Shown here in pieces: positions 1-11,820 of a stretch of DNA of 39,143 nucleotides. The DNA comes from Trichomonas gallinae (lineage: Eukaryota). The stretch lies in assembly GCA_008369845.1 (NCBI GenBank), contig MRSU01010341.1, forward strand, positions 1 to 39,143, written 5' to 3'. The notes beneath the pieces were generated by a model. That model saw only the letters and a list, made by a program, of their open reading frames with translations, ran no database searches and was not told the DNA's origin. The number at the start of each line of letters is the position of its first letter. Position 1 is the stretch's first letter. Made by a program: the position numbers and the translations under genes.

Positions 1-242
1 ATGACGAAAATTTAAAATTCATTTAATTCAACTTTTATGTATCTGAGCATATAGAGAATGAAGTGTACATCATATCTGTAATTTGTGTGACGTACAAAAG
101 CAAACATGTGGGCTGATAGACCCTGTTTTTTACGCCCGACAAAAAAACGGTTGAGCCATCCCTTAAATCCAAAGCAATATTCACTAAATGCATAGAAAAA
201 ATTATTAGAATTAGTATAAAACATAAAATACAAACATTTATT

Positions 243-1475
243 TTAAACATCACTGTCTGATTGTCTGCGATTAACTATGCCTATCTTGGCTTCAATCAGT
301 CTACGATGTTTACGCATTACGGATTGAAAGTGTAAGTCATTTGGATACATCTCCTTCAACTGATTTACAATGGAAAGCGCGAGTGGGAGATCTTTGTTTT
401 CGATCTTCTCAACTGTTTCGGATGGATCATTAGATAAGAATGATTCGCGGAGTTCTGACCTATACAGTCTTTCTTCACGCCACAAAGACATTGTTTTTGT
501 CAACTCGAATTTTCTCAATTCTGGAAAAGTGAGAGTTTTCTTCTTCATTGCCGCACACATGAGATTATCGATCTCATCTGTGACGATTCTCTTACCAATC
601 AACTCGTGATATGGATTAGTTTCAAGATTACGATTTGCAATTGTAAGCATTAAATCGAAAAGAAGCTTCTGTTTCTTGTGTATGATAACTGTATCGATAT
701 TTGTTCCTGTCTTCGTATCAATACTAATAATTTCGCCAAAGCTTCTCTTGAATTCTGAAACTTTGCAGCAATCTTCTGTAATTCCAATAATTGAGTAACC
801 AGCTTTTGTGTCGAATATCCTGTTGTCGTACTTGTTGTTTGTGATCAATATCTTGCCTGTAAAGCTGAACGGCTTAACTAAACCAACTAATGACATAACA
901 GCTCTAGATATCGATTCTTCATCATCACCTTTGACGAGGATGCCCTTATTTAAGAGCATTGCCTTCCACAAAGATGTATAATCTGTATCCTTTGCGAAGT
1001 AATGATAAGGATCAAATGCATTGAAGTCGACTTCAGATGGTTTCACAGTGCGGCACTGATCAATGGATGAATATAAGATCTCTTCATTATCAACAAACCT
1101 CCAGCTCTCAATAAATGAGACAATTAACTCGAATCTTGAATTCTCATTCAGCTGAGTGTATTCTGAAGGACAATCCTTATCAGCTTCATCAAGCAAATCG
1201 AAAAACATGGAAGGATATGGCTTTGACGATAAAACAATAATCGAGTGAATATCTGAGCCGAGTTTGAAGCTCCATGTGTATGCGATTGTATCATCTACAG
1301 TGAATGCAAAGACTTTCGACTGTTTTTCTTGGGGAAAAGCCTTAGGAAAAGCGTTCAACATTAAGTCCTCGTGAATCCTCTGGAAATCTAACTCCGCTGG
1401 AGTGAACTGGTTGATGAGGGCCACCTTGCCACCCTTCTTTGTAATCAAAATCACACCATCTGCGAAGCTATTCAT
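243..1475 (-). CDS. DENN/AVL9-like (DENND6/FAM116-like) domain protein, putative Rab GEF
   Basis: 410-aa ORF. The segment LWKAMLLNKGILVKGDDEESISRAVMSLVGLVKPF resembles the cDENN core of DENND6-type proteins. The N-terminus is longin-like (AFP...YTWSF...SIIVLS). The stop lies in a TAAA context. Confidence 0.6.
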   Translation of the reverse strand: MNSFADGVILITKKGGKVALINQFTPAELDFQRIHEDLMLNAFPKAFPQEKQSKVFAFTVDDTIAYTWSFKLGSDIHSIIVLSSKPYPSMFFDLLDEADKDCPSEYTQLNENSRFELIVSFIESWRFVDNEEILYSSIDQCRTVKPSEVDFNAFDPYHYFAKDTDYTSLWKAMLLNKGILVKGDDEESISRAVMSLVGLVKPFSFTGKILITNNKYDNRIFDTKAGYSIIGITEDCCKVSEFKRSFGEIISIDTKTGTNIDTVIIHKKQKLLFDLMLTIANRNLETNPYHELIGKRIVTDEIDNLMCAAMKKKTLTFPELRKFELTKTMSLWREERLYRSELRESFLSNDPSETVEKIENKDLPLALSIVNQLKEMYPNDLHFQSVMRKHRRLIEAKIGIVNRRQSDSDV

Positions 1476-3278
1476 AGAAAAATAAAAATTTTTTGAATGC
1501 GCGCCAAAATTTAAGCAAAAATTGGCGCACTGAGGAATTTCCTCGCTTTTTTTTATCTTTCTCTTATTCCCAGCGGATATAGGCTACACTCAGCCTTATA
1601 TCTATATATTTCATGAAAATCTCGCTTAAACTTAAAGGCCAAAGAATTCTTGAAAATTTCATAAACGGAATGACATTGCAATTCACATTGATAATATGCT
1701 TGTTTACATGTTTGTTAATCAGAATCTTAAATATAAAGTGTTTATGATCGAGAATCCGAGATTTTCATTTACAAAATCAAATTTGACATGTATACTGAAG
1801 GATTTACGTTTAAAATATATATACATGTCAGATCTTGTATAAGGAATTTTGCTTTTCAATGGGGATTCACAGCATGGAATGCAATTAATGCCATTAACAA
1901 GAACTATGCTTCATTGTTCCAGCTATATTTGGCTCTAAGAATGTAGATTATTCACAATTGATAAAATCTCGATTGAAAACGACTGATTTCTGTCCCATTC
2001 AACATTTTTATCATAGGAAATGATTTTACAAGATAGAAACTATGTATTTTCGATTAATTTTTTGTAAATTACGAAATTTGGAATATGTATTAACTTCTAA
2101 GAGCAGTTGATCGTGTTATGAGTTTCATATACGGATGCTTATTGACAAGCAATAGCATTTACTGCTCTTAGAGGTCGAAATTTATTTATACTTTCAATTA
2201 GCACAAGTAAAAACTGTTAATTTCTGCCGTACTTTCTACAGTGTGTAATCTCCCTGCGAAGTATGTTGCTATAGGTAACCATTATCACTGAAATATTATT
2301 TTTAAAATTTTGATATTAATGGAAAATACTTCTGTAGATATAGAATTTGACTGCTTTTTCTGCATAAATGAGGTTATTGCTTGTCCTTCTTTCGTTATTT
2401 TGTCATAAATTGCTACCTTTGGCGAATATTGTTATCAACAAAAGAAATATTAGTTGGAATAATGAAGTATGGGTCTTCTAGATAGCATGGTCTGCATTCC
2501 ACGTCTAGAATCCGTGATATTAAATCATCATTTATTCTTGAAAATATAAAAATCTATATCAAAATACAGAAAATTCACTTATTTCCAGGCAATTTTTGAG
2601 ATTTTCAAAAATTGAATAATAAATATTATTCTATAATAAGTCCTAAAGTATCTATTGTCATGAAAAAGAATCCATAAAAATACTTTTTTTATTTCATTTT
2701 TTCATTAATTGGTTTATTAAGTGACAAGCATCTATCAACATCAGTTGATTTTGACTTTAATCCATTAACGACATTCAATGGAAGATCGCTTCGCTGCTTA
2801 TACTTAATTTTACAAGCATAAAAATCTTCAGCAATCATTTGATTTCATTATTCACCCACAAAATCAAAACTTATGTATCTAAATCATTGCTAAGTAACAA
2901 TTACCTTTACAAATGAGTTATCGTTTTTCGTTTTAATGCAAACTATATATTTTATATTCAGAAAGCTTACAAAAGGATCATTTTAACACATTACTCTCAA
3001 GAATATAATACGATTGACTAATTTTTATGGTCATAAATTACAAAAAGATATTTCTTTAATATAAAATCTTTTCCGAATTACACATACTCTATATACTGCA
3101 ATACTATTCTATGAAATAATTGTAATTACTCTATATTTGATAATAATTTCAATGATAATAAACAAAAAGCTTTTATACTTACTAACAAATTAGGGATTAT
3201 AACGATTGAAAATCGCAATTATTTCGAACGTTTCTTTGGAGTGGAAAATCGGCGTGGTTTTTCCTCTTCTTCTTCATC

Positions 3279-4007
3279 CTATTCATCAAAATCATCCGAA
3301 TCTTCTTCTTCTTCAGTTTGAGTATCTTCTTGGTCATTTTCTTCTTGTGGAATCAACTTTGAGTCTGGAACAGTGTTTTCTGCTGGAACATTTTCTTCAG
3401 GGAGACATTCTTCTGATTCGGCTTCAACACGAGAGCTGTTCAATTTTCGGAAGCCAACGAAACCATATATAGACGTAATTAGTTGTAATATAGGGAAAAT
3501 AAACAAAATTAAGACATACCGCATTCTTTTCTTGAATTTGTATTCAAATACGACATCACATGTATATAGCCTCTTATCACAGGATGTATTATTACGTTTC
3601 GGATATCCGCAGCATTTTAACTGATTTTCTATCCAATAATCGAATTTGAAATCTTTGTTTCCCCAGAATTTACCAACTGCTGTATATATGGTTGGTCGTG
3701 CGACAAAGAATAAAAGCATAAACACCATGTAGAAGACGAAAATGAAGAGAAATAATACTCCGTTAATTATATAAAAAACGCGATGATGGACACATAATGT
3801 TATGAATCCAAGGCCTATTGATATTATCGATATAACAATAAGGACAGCTAAAAAACTAAGAACTAAAATCGAAGGATTATAATTTTGCATCGTGAAAATA
3901 TACATGAACGATATGAAACACGTCAACAAAAACGCCCAGGAAATCAAGGAGACAAGAGCAATCATGGCATTCCCGCAACATGACGTCTTCGTCTTCTTTT
4001 TTTCCAT
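3279..4007 (-). CDS. Tetraspanin family protein
   Basis: 242 aa with three N-terminal TM helices, a large extracellular loop carrying the CCG motif (LKCCGYP) and two further Cys, a fourth TM, and an acidic C-terminal tail. Confidence 0.85.
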   Translation of the reverse strand: MEKKKTKTSCCGNAMIALVSLISWAFLLTCFISFMYIFTMQNYNPSILVLSFLAVLIVISIISIGLGFITLCVHHRVFYIINGVLFLFIFVFYMVFMLLFFVARPTIYTAVGKFWGNKDFKFDYWIENQLKCCGYPKRNNTSCDKRLYTCDVVFEYKFKKRMRYVLILFIFPILQLITSIYGFVGFRKLNSSRVEAESEECLPEENVPAENTVPDSKLIPQEENDQEDTQTEEEEDSDDFDE

Positions 4008-5483
4008 TTCTTATGTTTTGAGAATTATACCGGAGATTTTACAAACCCCTGTTATTTTTAGATAACCCCTTAAAATCTTTATACTATCCTCATATAATAA
4101 GAATCCCCCATAAAACCATTCTTCTCCTCAACACAAACTTATATATTTGGTTTTTTCGAGTTCTGATGAGATCAACAATACTCTCGATGACTAATCTTTT
4201 TTTGAGTCAAGACATTAATACCAAATGCTTTATATTAGGCAGATGAAAGAAAATCTTTACGTAGTATTAATTTTCTAAGGAATAAATGTGAATCAAAAAT
4301 TTAATATTGTATATATCCTCATTTCATTAGTTGAACCTTAAAAAACTTTTTGTATCTTAGACATTAAGAGATAGAAATGATGATATTTCCACGAAAAAAT
4401 TCGATGGGAAATTAAGAGATGAAGATAGAATGAAAACAATACGAAAATATTTTTGAGATACTAACATTCTATAATATTTCATATCGAGAATGATAAAATT
4501 CGAAATTATCGAAATTCTTTCAAGCTGATATTTAATTCTAATGCTTGGATCATACGCAGGATCGAATATATGACAGCAGGAGCTTAGGGCTCACTGTTTA
4601 TTTGTGGCAATTCATGAACTCCGGTCAAAAAATAATCGGCCACACATGGCAGAATTTCGATTTGGAAATGATAAATGCACTATATTCGACGCGAAAACGT
4701 ATGATGTCATATTTATCCAGGCCAACAAAGTGCCAGATGTAAATTTTTCATTGTCCGTAATAAAGATTTAAATAAATTGCTAAGAATAAATATTCAAATT
4801 AAATGCTCTATGAAATCAGACATTTCAAGTCAATAAATGAGAATTATCGAATTTTTCGAAATTAAGCTGTGAGAAGAGAGAACATAAAATGGGGTTACTT
4901 TGACAACATACAAAACCATTCGCTATTCCAATCAATGAATCTCCGAGACTCGAGGAAATGATGTTCTGCATTGCCAAAGGAATAATGAAGCGAAATTTAT
5001 TTTCTGCCATTATATTGACCATTACAAGCATTTCTAACTAAGCGTGGTCAATTTTATAAATAAATGTAAATATTTAAAGGTTTTGACTGTATATTGATTT
5101 CTAGACTAAATTATATAATGATTGATTTTAACAGTTACTTCATAGTTTTTTTTGTAAGAAAATTGTGAGAACTCTTATCGTACAAACACTCAATATTCAA
5201 TTTTTCTAAGAGGACATAGAATATTTCTCTATCTAACCAGAAAATGGGGCCACACTTCCAACTCACTCATTAGAAGCATATTTTACAATAAAAATACGAA
5301 ATTTCCTTTTTTGAATTTTACTTGATAATTAGCATATTTATCTTATGGTTATTATGATTTTACTAATTTTGGCCTATTTTCTTGAGTATTTAATTTATTT
5401 TGAAAAGATTGGTTATTTAGGGTTATTATGAGTAAAGAAATGGAATTATGATGAATTCAGATTTCTTACACAAAAACCGTCGC

Positions 5484-5509
5484 CATCGTCTTAATTCTGA
5501 GAGACGATA
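5484..5509. promoter_or_regulatory. Inverted pair of Myb-recognition-like (ACGAT / TATCGTC, MRE-2-like) elements upstream of the hydrogenase
   Basis: ATCGTCT (5485-5491) and AGACGAT (5502-5508) form a perfect 7-bp inverted repeat about 20-45 bp before the ATG. GACGATA (5503-5509) is the reverse complement of TATCGTC. Confidence 0.4.
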
Positions 5510-5527
5510 AAAAACATTATTTTTCAA

Positions 5528-7303
5528 ATGCTCGCTTCAACTGGCGTCAGTCAGAACAGTTCGATCCTCCGTAACATTACAGTTACAGTCAATGGCAAGC
5601 CATACGAGGCTAAGAAGGGTGAAACAGTCCTTGAGCTTTGCGACAGAAACAACATCAGAATCCCAAGGCTCTGCTACCATCCAAACCTCCCACCGAAGGC
5701 TTCCTGCCGTATCTGCCTTGTCGAATGTGACGGAAAGTGGCTTTCTCCAGCTTGCGTCACTACAGTTTGGGATGGCCTCAGAATCGATACAAAGTCTAAG
5801 GTCGTCAGAGACTCCGTCGAGAACAATCTCAAGGAACTCCTTGACTGCCACGATGAAACATGCTCTTCCTGCGTTGCTAACCACAGATGCCAGTTCAGAG
5901 ACATGAACGTCGCCTACTCCGTTAAGGCTGACACCAAGGAAATCTGCTCTGAAGAGGGCATCGATGAGTCAACACATGCCATCAGACTCGACACATCCAA
6001 ATGCGTCCTTTGCGGCCGTTGCATCCGCGCTTGCGAGGAAGTTGCTGGCACATCCGCCATCATCTTCGGCAACCGTGCTAAGCACATGAGAATCCAGCCA
6101 ACATTCGGTGGCACACTTCAGGAGACTTCCTGCATCAAGTGCGGCCAATGCACACTCTATTGCCCAGTCGGTGCCATCACAGAGAAGTCCCAGGTTAAGG
6201 AGGCCCTCGACATCCTTGCTAACAAGGGCAAGAAGGTCACAGTCGTCCAGGTCGCTCCAGCTGTCCGTGTTGCTCTCTCCGAGGCTTTTGGCTACAAGGA
6301 GGGTACAGTCACAACAGGCAAGATGGTTTCCGCCCTCAAGGCTCTCGGCTTCGACTTAGTTTACGACACAAACTATGGTGCTGACCTTACAATCTGCGAA
6401 GAGGCCGGTGAACTCGTCAACCGCCTTAAGGATCCAAAGGCTGTCTTCCCAATGTTCACATCCTGCTGCCCAGCTTGGGTTAACTACGTTGAGCAGTCCG
6501 CCCCAGACTTCATTCCAAACCTTTCCTCCTGCCGCTCACCACAGGGCATGCTTTCCTCCCTCATCAAGAACTACCTTCCAAAGCTCCTCGGCATCAAGCA
6601 GGAAGAAGTCATGAACTTCTCCATCATGCCATGCACAGCTAAGAAGGACGAAATCGAGCGCCCAGAGCTCCAGACAAAGACTGGCCTCAAGGAGACAGAT
6701 ATGGTTCTCACAGTTCGCGAACTCGTCGAGATGATCAAGCTCTCTAACATCGACTTCAACAACCTTCCAGATACACCATTCGACAACATCTTCGGCTTCG
6801 GTTCTGGTGCTGGCCAGATCTTCGCCGCTACAGGTGGTGTTATGGAAGCTGCTTCCAGAACAGCCTTCGAAGTCTTCACAGGCAAGAAGCTCACAAATGT
6901 CGACATCTACCCAGTCAGAGGTATGGAAGGCGCCAGAATTGCTGTCCTCGACCTCGACGGCACAAAGCTCAAGATCGCTGTCTGCCACGGCATCGCTAAC
7001 ACAGCCAAGTTCCTTGACCGCCTCCGCGAGAAGGACCCAGAGCTCGCTGACCTCAAATTCATCGAAGTTATGGCTTGCCCAGGTGGCTGCGTCTGCGGCG
7101 GTGGCACACCACAGCCAAAGAACAGAATGTCCCTTGACAACAGACTCGCTGCTATCTACAACATCGATGCTAAGATGGAATGCAGAAAGAGCCACGAGAA
7201 CCCACTCATCAAGGGCGTCTACAAGGAGTTCCTTGGCCATCCAAACTCCCACCTCGCTCACGATCTCCTCCACACACACTACACACACCATCCAAAGTGG
7301 TAA
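5528..7303 (+). CDS. Hydrogenosomal long-form (~64 kDa) [FeFe]-hydrogenase
   Basis: 591 aa with an MLASTG...ILR presequence. It has a [2Fe-2S] domain (CYHP..ASCRIC..C), a His-ligated cluster (HDETCSSC..C) and 2x[4Fe-4S] (CVLCGRC..C; CIKCGQC..CP). The H-cluster motifs are TSCCPAW, MPCTAKKDE and EVMACPGGCVCGGG. Codon bias towards C-ending codons is strong. Confidence 0.97.
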   Translation: MLASTGVSQNSSILRNITVTVNGKPYEAKKGETVLELCDRNNIRIPRLCYHPNLPPKASCRICLVECDGKWLSPACVTTVWDGLRIDTKSKVVRDSVENNLKELLDCHDETCSSCVANHRCQFRDMNVAYSVKADTKEICSEEGIDESTHAIRLDTSKCVLCGRCIRACEEVAGTSAIIFGNRAKHMRIQPTFGGTLQETSCIKCGQCTLYCPVGAITEKSQVKEALDILANKGKKVTVVQVAPAVRVALSEAFGYKEGTVTTGKMVSALKALGFDLVYDTNYGADLTICEEAGELVNRLKDPKAVFPMFTSCCPAWVNYVEQSAPDFIPNLSSCRSPQGMLSSLIKNYLPKLLGIKQEEVMNFSIMPCTAKKDEIERPELQTKTGLKETDMVLTVRELVEMIKLSNIDFNNLPDTPFDNIFGFGSGAGQIFAATGGVMEAASRTAFEVFTGKKLTNVDIYPVRGMEGARIAVLDLDGTKLKIAVCHGIANTAKFLDRLREKDPELADLKFIEVMACPGGCVCGGGTPQPKNRMSLDNRLAAIYNIDAKMECRKSHENPLIKGVYKEFLGHPNSHLAHDLLHTHYTHHPKW

Positions 7304-8009
7304 GCTTCGAAAAAACTCTTGTTGTACTTAATACGCAAAAACTCTATTTATAAACTATTATTATATTTGTCTAATCCACACTTTTTTCTTCATTTCATCA
7401 AAACAACAGTGAAATCAAAAAACAATTTAGTTGTTTTAATCATTTGATGATCATTTCTTTGGATAGGATTTTCGTGCTTTTTAATCTTTCATGCGCGAAG
7501 TTAAATCAAATTAATTTAAGATTCCAAATTCTCATCGAAAAGAATAAAAAAACCACTTAATGTCACGATTGTATGGATAAATCTCTCTAAAATAACAGCA
7601 ATGCACTCAAAGATTAATGATGGAAACGATTTTCTTACAAAGAATCAAACACACGTTCAAATTATCATAGTAATTGACAGCCAAAACATGTGAGTGTCTC
7701 AAACTATTTGATGTATAGATTAGATGACTTTATTTTGAATGCGATTTACAGTCGTTGCAAACCTGTCTATTTCCCTTATTTCAGCGTAAAAATAACATTT
7801 TCTTAATCCCAATCTCATGTGGAAGTCATCAAAGATGTTTTCAAGTAAAAATTAATAAATTATCTGACATGTAAACTAATTATATGACAGATAACAAATA
7901 TAATAACGAACTAAGCCAGACACTTAAAATTTTCGGACTTTGCTTTGGTATTTGGATAGAATAAAGCATGATGCAGCGATATGTGCAATAAAATTGGACA
8001 TTTTTTTAA

Positions 8010-9437
<1,428 letters not shown>

Positions 9438-9554
9438 GACCTCTTAGAATATTAATATAAATGCATATTTTTTATATAACATCATATTTTATCCAAAAAT
9501 CAATTTTGATAGTATAAAAATTCTTACAATTTCTTATTATAGTCAAGGACCTAC

Positions 9555-9854
9555 TCATAAAGCCGGCTTTGTATTTCCATCCTCTGGAACAGCACGATTA
9601 TGGATTCTTACTAATGAATGGAGCGGAACAATGACCATGTGCATCTTTCTTTCCTGATCGCGGAAGTATTCTACAGCTGACGTGAGAACAAAGTTGCCGA
9701 ATTTATCGAATGCTGTGAAAGTTCCGACATAAACACGGCCATCGTTTAGTTCTAATCTAAGCTGCGTGTTGAGTAAGTTGATGACATCTTTGACTGGGCC
9801 TGTTGGGTTCTCAGGCATGTGAAGAATGCTCGGAATATACTCATAGCCACTCAT
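9555..9854 (-). CDS. LSM-domain protein, most like the NatC auxiliary subunit Naa38/Mak31/LSMD1
   Basis: Sm1 motif LELNDGRVYVGTFTAFDKFGNFVL. Sm2 reads IVP rather than the IRG of spliceosomal Sm/Lsm proteins. A TCATT initiator lies at 9857-9861 (- strand). Confidence 0.7.
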   Translation of the reverse strand: MSGYEYIPSILHMPENPTGPVKDVINLLNTQLRLELNDGRVYVGTFTAFDKFGNFVLTSAVEYFRDQERKMHMVIVPLHSLVRIHNRAVPEDGNTKPAL

Positions 9855-9878
9855 TTAATGATCTTTTGACAATTTTTA

Positions 9879-10150
9879 TTTACATGGCAAAATAATTTTT
9901 ACAAAACAAATTTTAAGTTTTATTTAATTTGATTATATAATCATTCATAAAACTAAAATATCTCAAGAAATAGATTGTAAGAAATGACATTTATAATTTA
10001 CATTGCATAATAACTTTTACAAATCAAATTTTTAATAATTTGATTATAATATCATGTACTAATCTAAAATATTTCATGAAATTGTTTTTAACATATGACA
10101 AAAAATGATTTACATGGCAATAGTATTTATTTTTACATGACAAAATATCA
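9879..10150. repeat. Degenerate ~115-bp tandem duplication/triplication in a divergent promoter
   Basis: Units begin TTTACATGGCA (9879), TTTACATTGCA (9997) and TTTACATGGCA (10109). The first two share TTTACAAA.CAAATTTT...TAATTTGATTATA...CTAAAATAT.TCA.GAAAT...ATGACA. Confidence 0.6.
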
Positions 10151-10348
10151 AATTTGAATATATTACATGACAATATTTTGATATTTACACGACGAAAATT
10201 ATAGTTGATCCCTAGTTACATGTCAAAAATATAATTTTAGTTGATATATGTGATATAGAACATGAGATAAATATTTGATTTAAGTTTCAGTTGATAATTT
10301 CATTCTGGCGCCAAATTTTTAATTGAATACTTTACATTAAATTGATCA

Positions 10349-11296
10349 ATGACTGAAACTTTTGACCCAGTGGCTATGCTGAATACTTTTTTCGGCTGCC
10401 ATGACAGAATTAAATATTTCCCATTCATTTACATTCCAGAATCTTATATTATCGAACTATGCAACAGAATTCAACCAATATTACTCGCAGAACCTTCGAT
10501 AATTTACTTGGATTTGCCAATTAACGTATGTGGCGATACACATGGCCAATTTACAGATGTTTTAAGGATTTTCGATAACTTAGGAATGCCGGGTGATAAA
10601 CAATACTTATTCTTAGGCGATTACGTCGACAGAGGATCTCAGTCTGTTGAGAATATCATATTTTTACTCACTCTCAAGCTTGTTTACCCTAAGCAATTCT
10701 GGTTAATTCGCGGTAATCACGAAACAGAAGAAATTTCGACGGTTTATGGCTTCCGTGATGAAGTTGTTAGAAGGTATAGCTTTGACTTGTACACAAAATT
10801 GCTTCGCGTTTTTGACACGATGCCGTTTGCTGCAATTATCGCAAATCAGATATTCTGCGTGCACGGTGGCATCCCTGATACCAGTGTCACGCTCGATGAC
10901 ATCAAGAATGTCAAGAGGCCAGCTGAAATCACAGATAATTCTCCAGTTATTGACCTTCTCTGGTCAGATCCAGGACCAGACACAGTAGGTTTCCGCGCTT
11001 CACCACGTGGCGTATCATATACATTCGGTGAGCAGGAATCAAAGAATTTCCTAGAAAGAAATAACTTTTCGTTAATCTTAAGGAGCCACGAGTTTTGTCC
11101 AGAAGGCACTGCATTCCCATTCGGTGAGAAGGGTGGGTTCATCACAGTGTTTTCTGCATCAAATTATTGTAGAACAATGAATTCAAGTGCAGCTCTCTCA
11201 ATTAATGAGAAAATGTGCTTGAGATTCTGCGTGTTCTCACCAACATCTGCCGAGATGCATGATGCTCCTCAAGTTCCAATGAAATGTAGTTGTTAA
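10349..11296 (+). CDS. PPP-family Ser/Thr protein phosphatase, PP1-like
   Basis: Motifs GDTHGQ, GDYVDRG, RGNHE, HGG, DLLWSDP, RSHE and FSASNY. Confidence 0.93.
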   Translation: MTETFDPVAMLNTFFGCHDRIKYFPFIYIPESYIIELCNRIQPILLAEPSIIYLDLPINVCGDTHGQFTDVLRIFDNLGMPGDKQYLFLGDYVDRGSQSVENIIFLLTLKLVYPKQFWLIRGNHETEEISTVYGFRDEVVRRYSFDLYTKLLRVFDTMPFAAIIANQIFCVHGGIPDTSVTLDDIKNVKRPAEITDNSPVIDLLWSDPGPDTVGFRASPRGVSYTFGEQESKNFLERNNFSLILRSHEFCPEGTAFPFGEKGGFITVFSASNYCRTMNSSAALSINEKMCLRFCVFSPTSAEMHDAPQVPMKCSC

Positions 11297-11795
11297 TTTT
11301 TTATTCTTATTTGATTAAATGTATCCATTTTATTAAATACACAAAATTTTCTATCATCATTACAAAGATCTATAGCATTTTGAAATTATTTTGAATCTAA
11401 TTGGAACACTTTATCTAGTTAAAAACATTCGCCATAATATGACAGAATGGAACTTAATGAAAGCATATTTATGAAAAGCATCAATGAGATAGTATTTATG
11501 AAAAAAAAAATTAACTTATTAAAGAATTTGTAAGACAAAATCAATTCAACTATTCCAATATGAATCCAGTTCGACATTTTTATTTTAAGAAACTCAAACA
11601 GAATAGTTTTTCTTGTTTAAATTTTAAATATTATTTTAATTAATATGAATTCATTGCAAATTTCAGTTTAATTGCCAATAGGTGAATTCTATACAAAATA
11701 ACTACATATTTCAACTAAGAAAAGGTCCAATACTTGTTTGAATTAACGATTTTGGAGAGATTTTAGAATTTTGACATGTAAAGTGTAAATGAATA

Positions 11796-11803
11796 AAAGT
11801 GAC
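11796..11803 (+). promoter_or_regulatory. Trichomonad core-promoter motif 2 (AAAGTGAC)
   Basis: Exact AAAGTGAC 17 bp upstream of the ATG at 11821. Confidence 0.6.
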
Positions 11804-11820
11804 GGTGGACGTTATTTCCG

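Noticed and set aside
12..253. Short ORFs of 72-73 aa at the left edge, and others at 15767, 16236 and 17210
   Set aside because: They are AT-rich with F/I/Y-biased composition typical of non-coding DNA, and show no motifs.
2093..2175. Hammerhead ribozyme or tRNA identity for the three-way fold
   Set aside because: There is no CTGANGA/GAAA core at the junctions on either strand, and no T-loop or D-loop consensus.
2240..2264. U1 snRNA-like start ATACTTCGCAGGGAGATTAC on the - strand
   Set aside because: It lacks the ACTTAC splice-site pairing sequence, the U1A loop ATTGCAC and a positioned Sm site.
6536..7331. Long overlapping ORFs (251 aa antisense, 174 aa alternative frame) in the hydrogenase, and similar ones in RuvBL1, BspA and Pol alpha
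   Set aside because: They are shadows of strong codon bias and carry no motifs.
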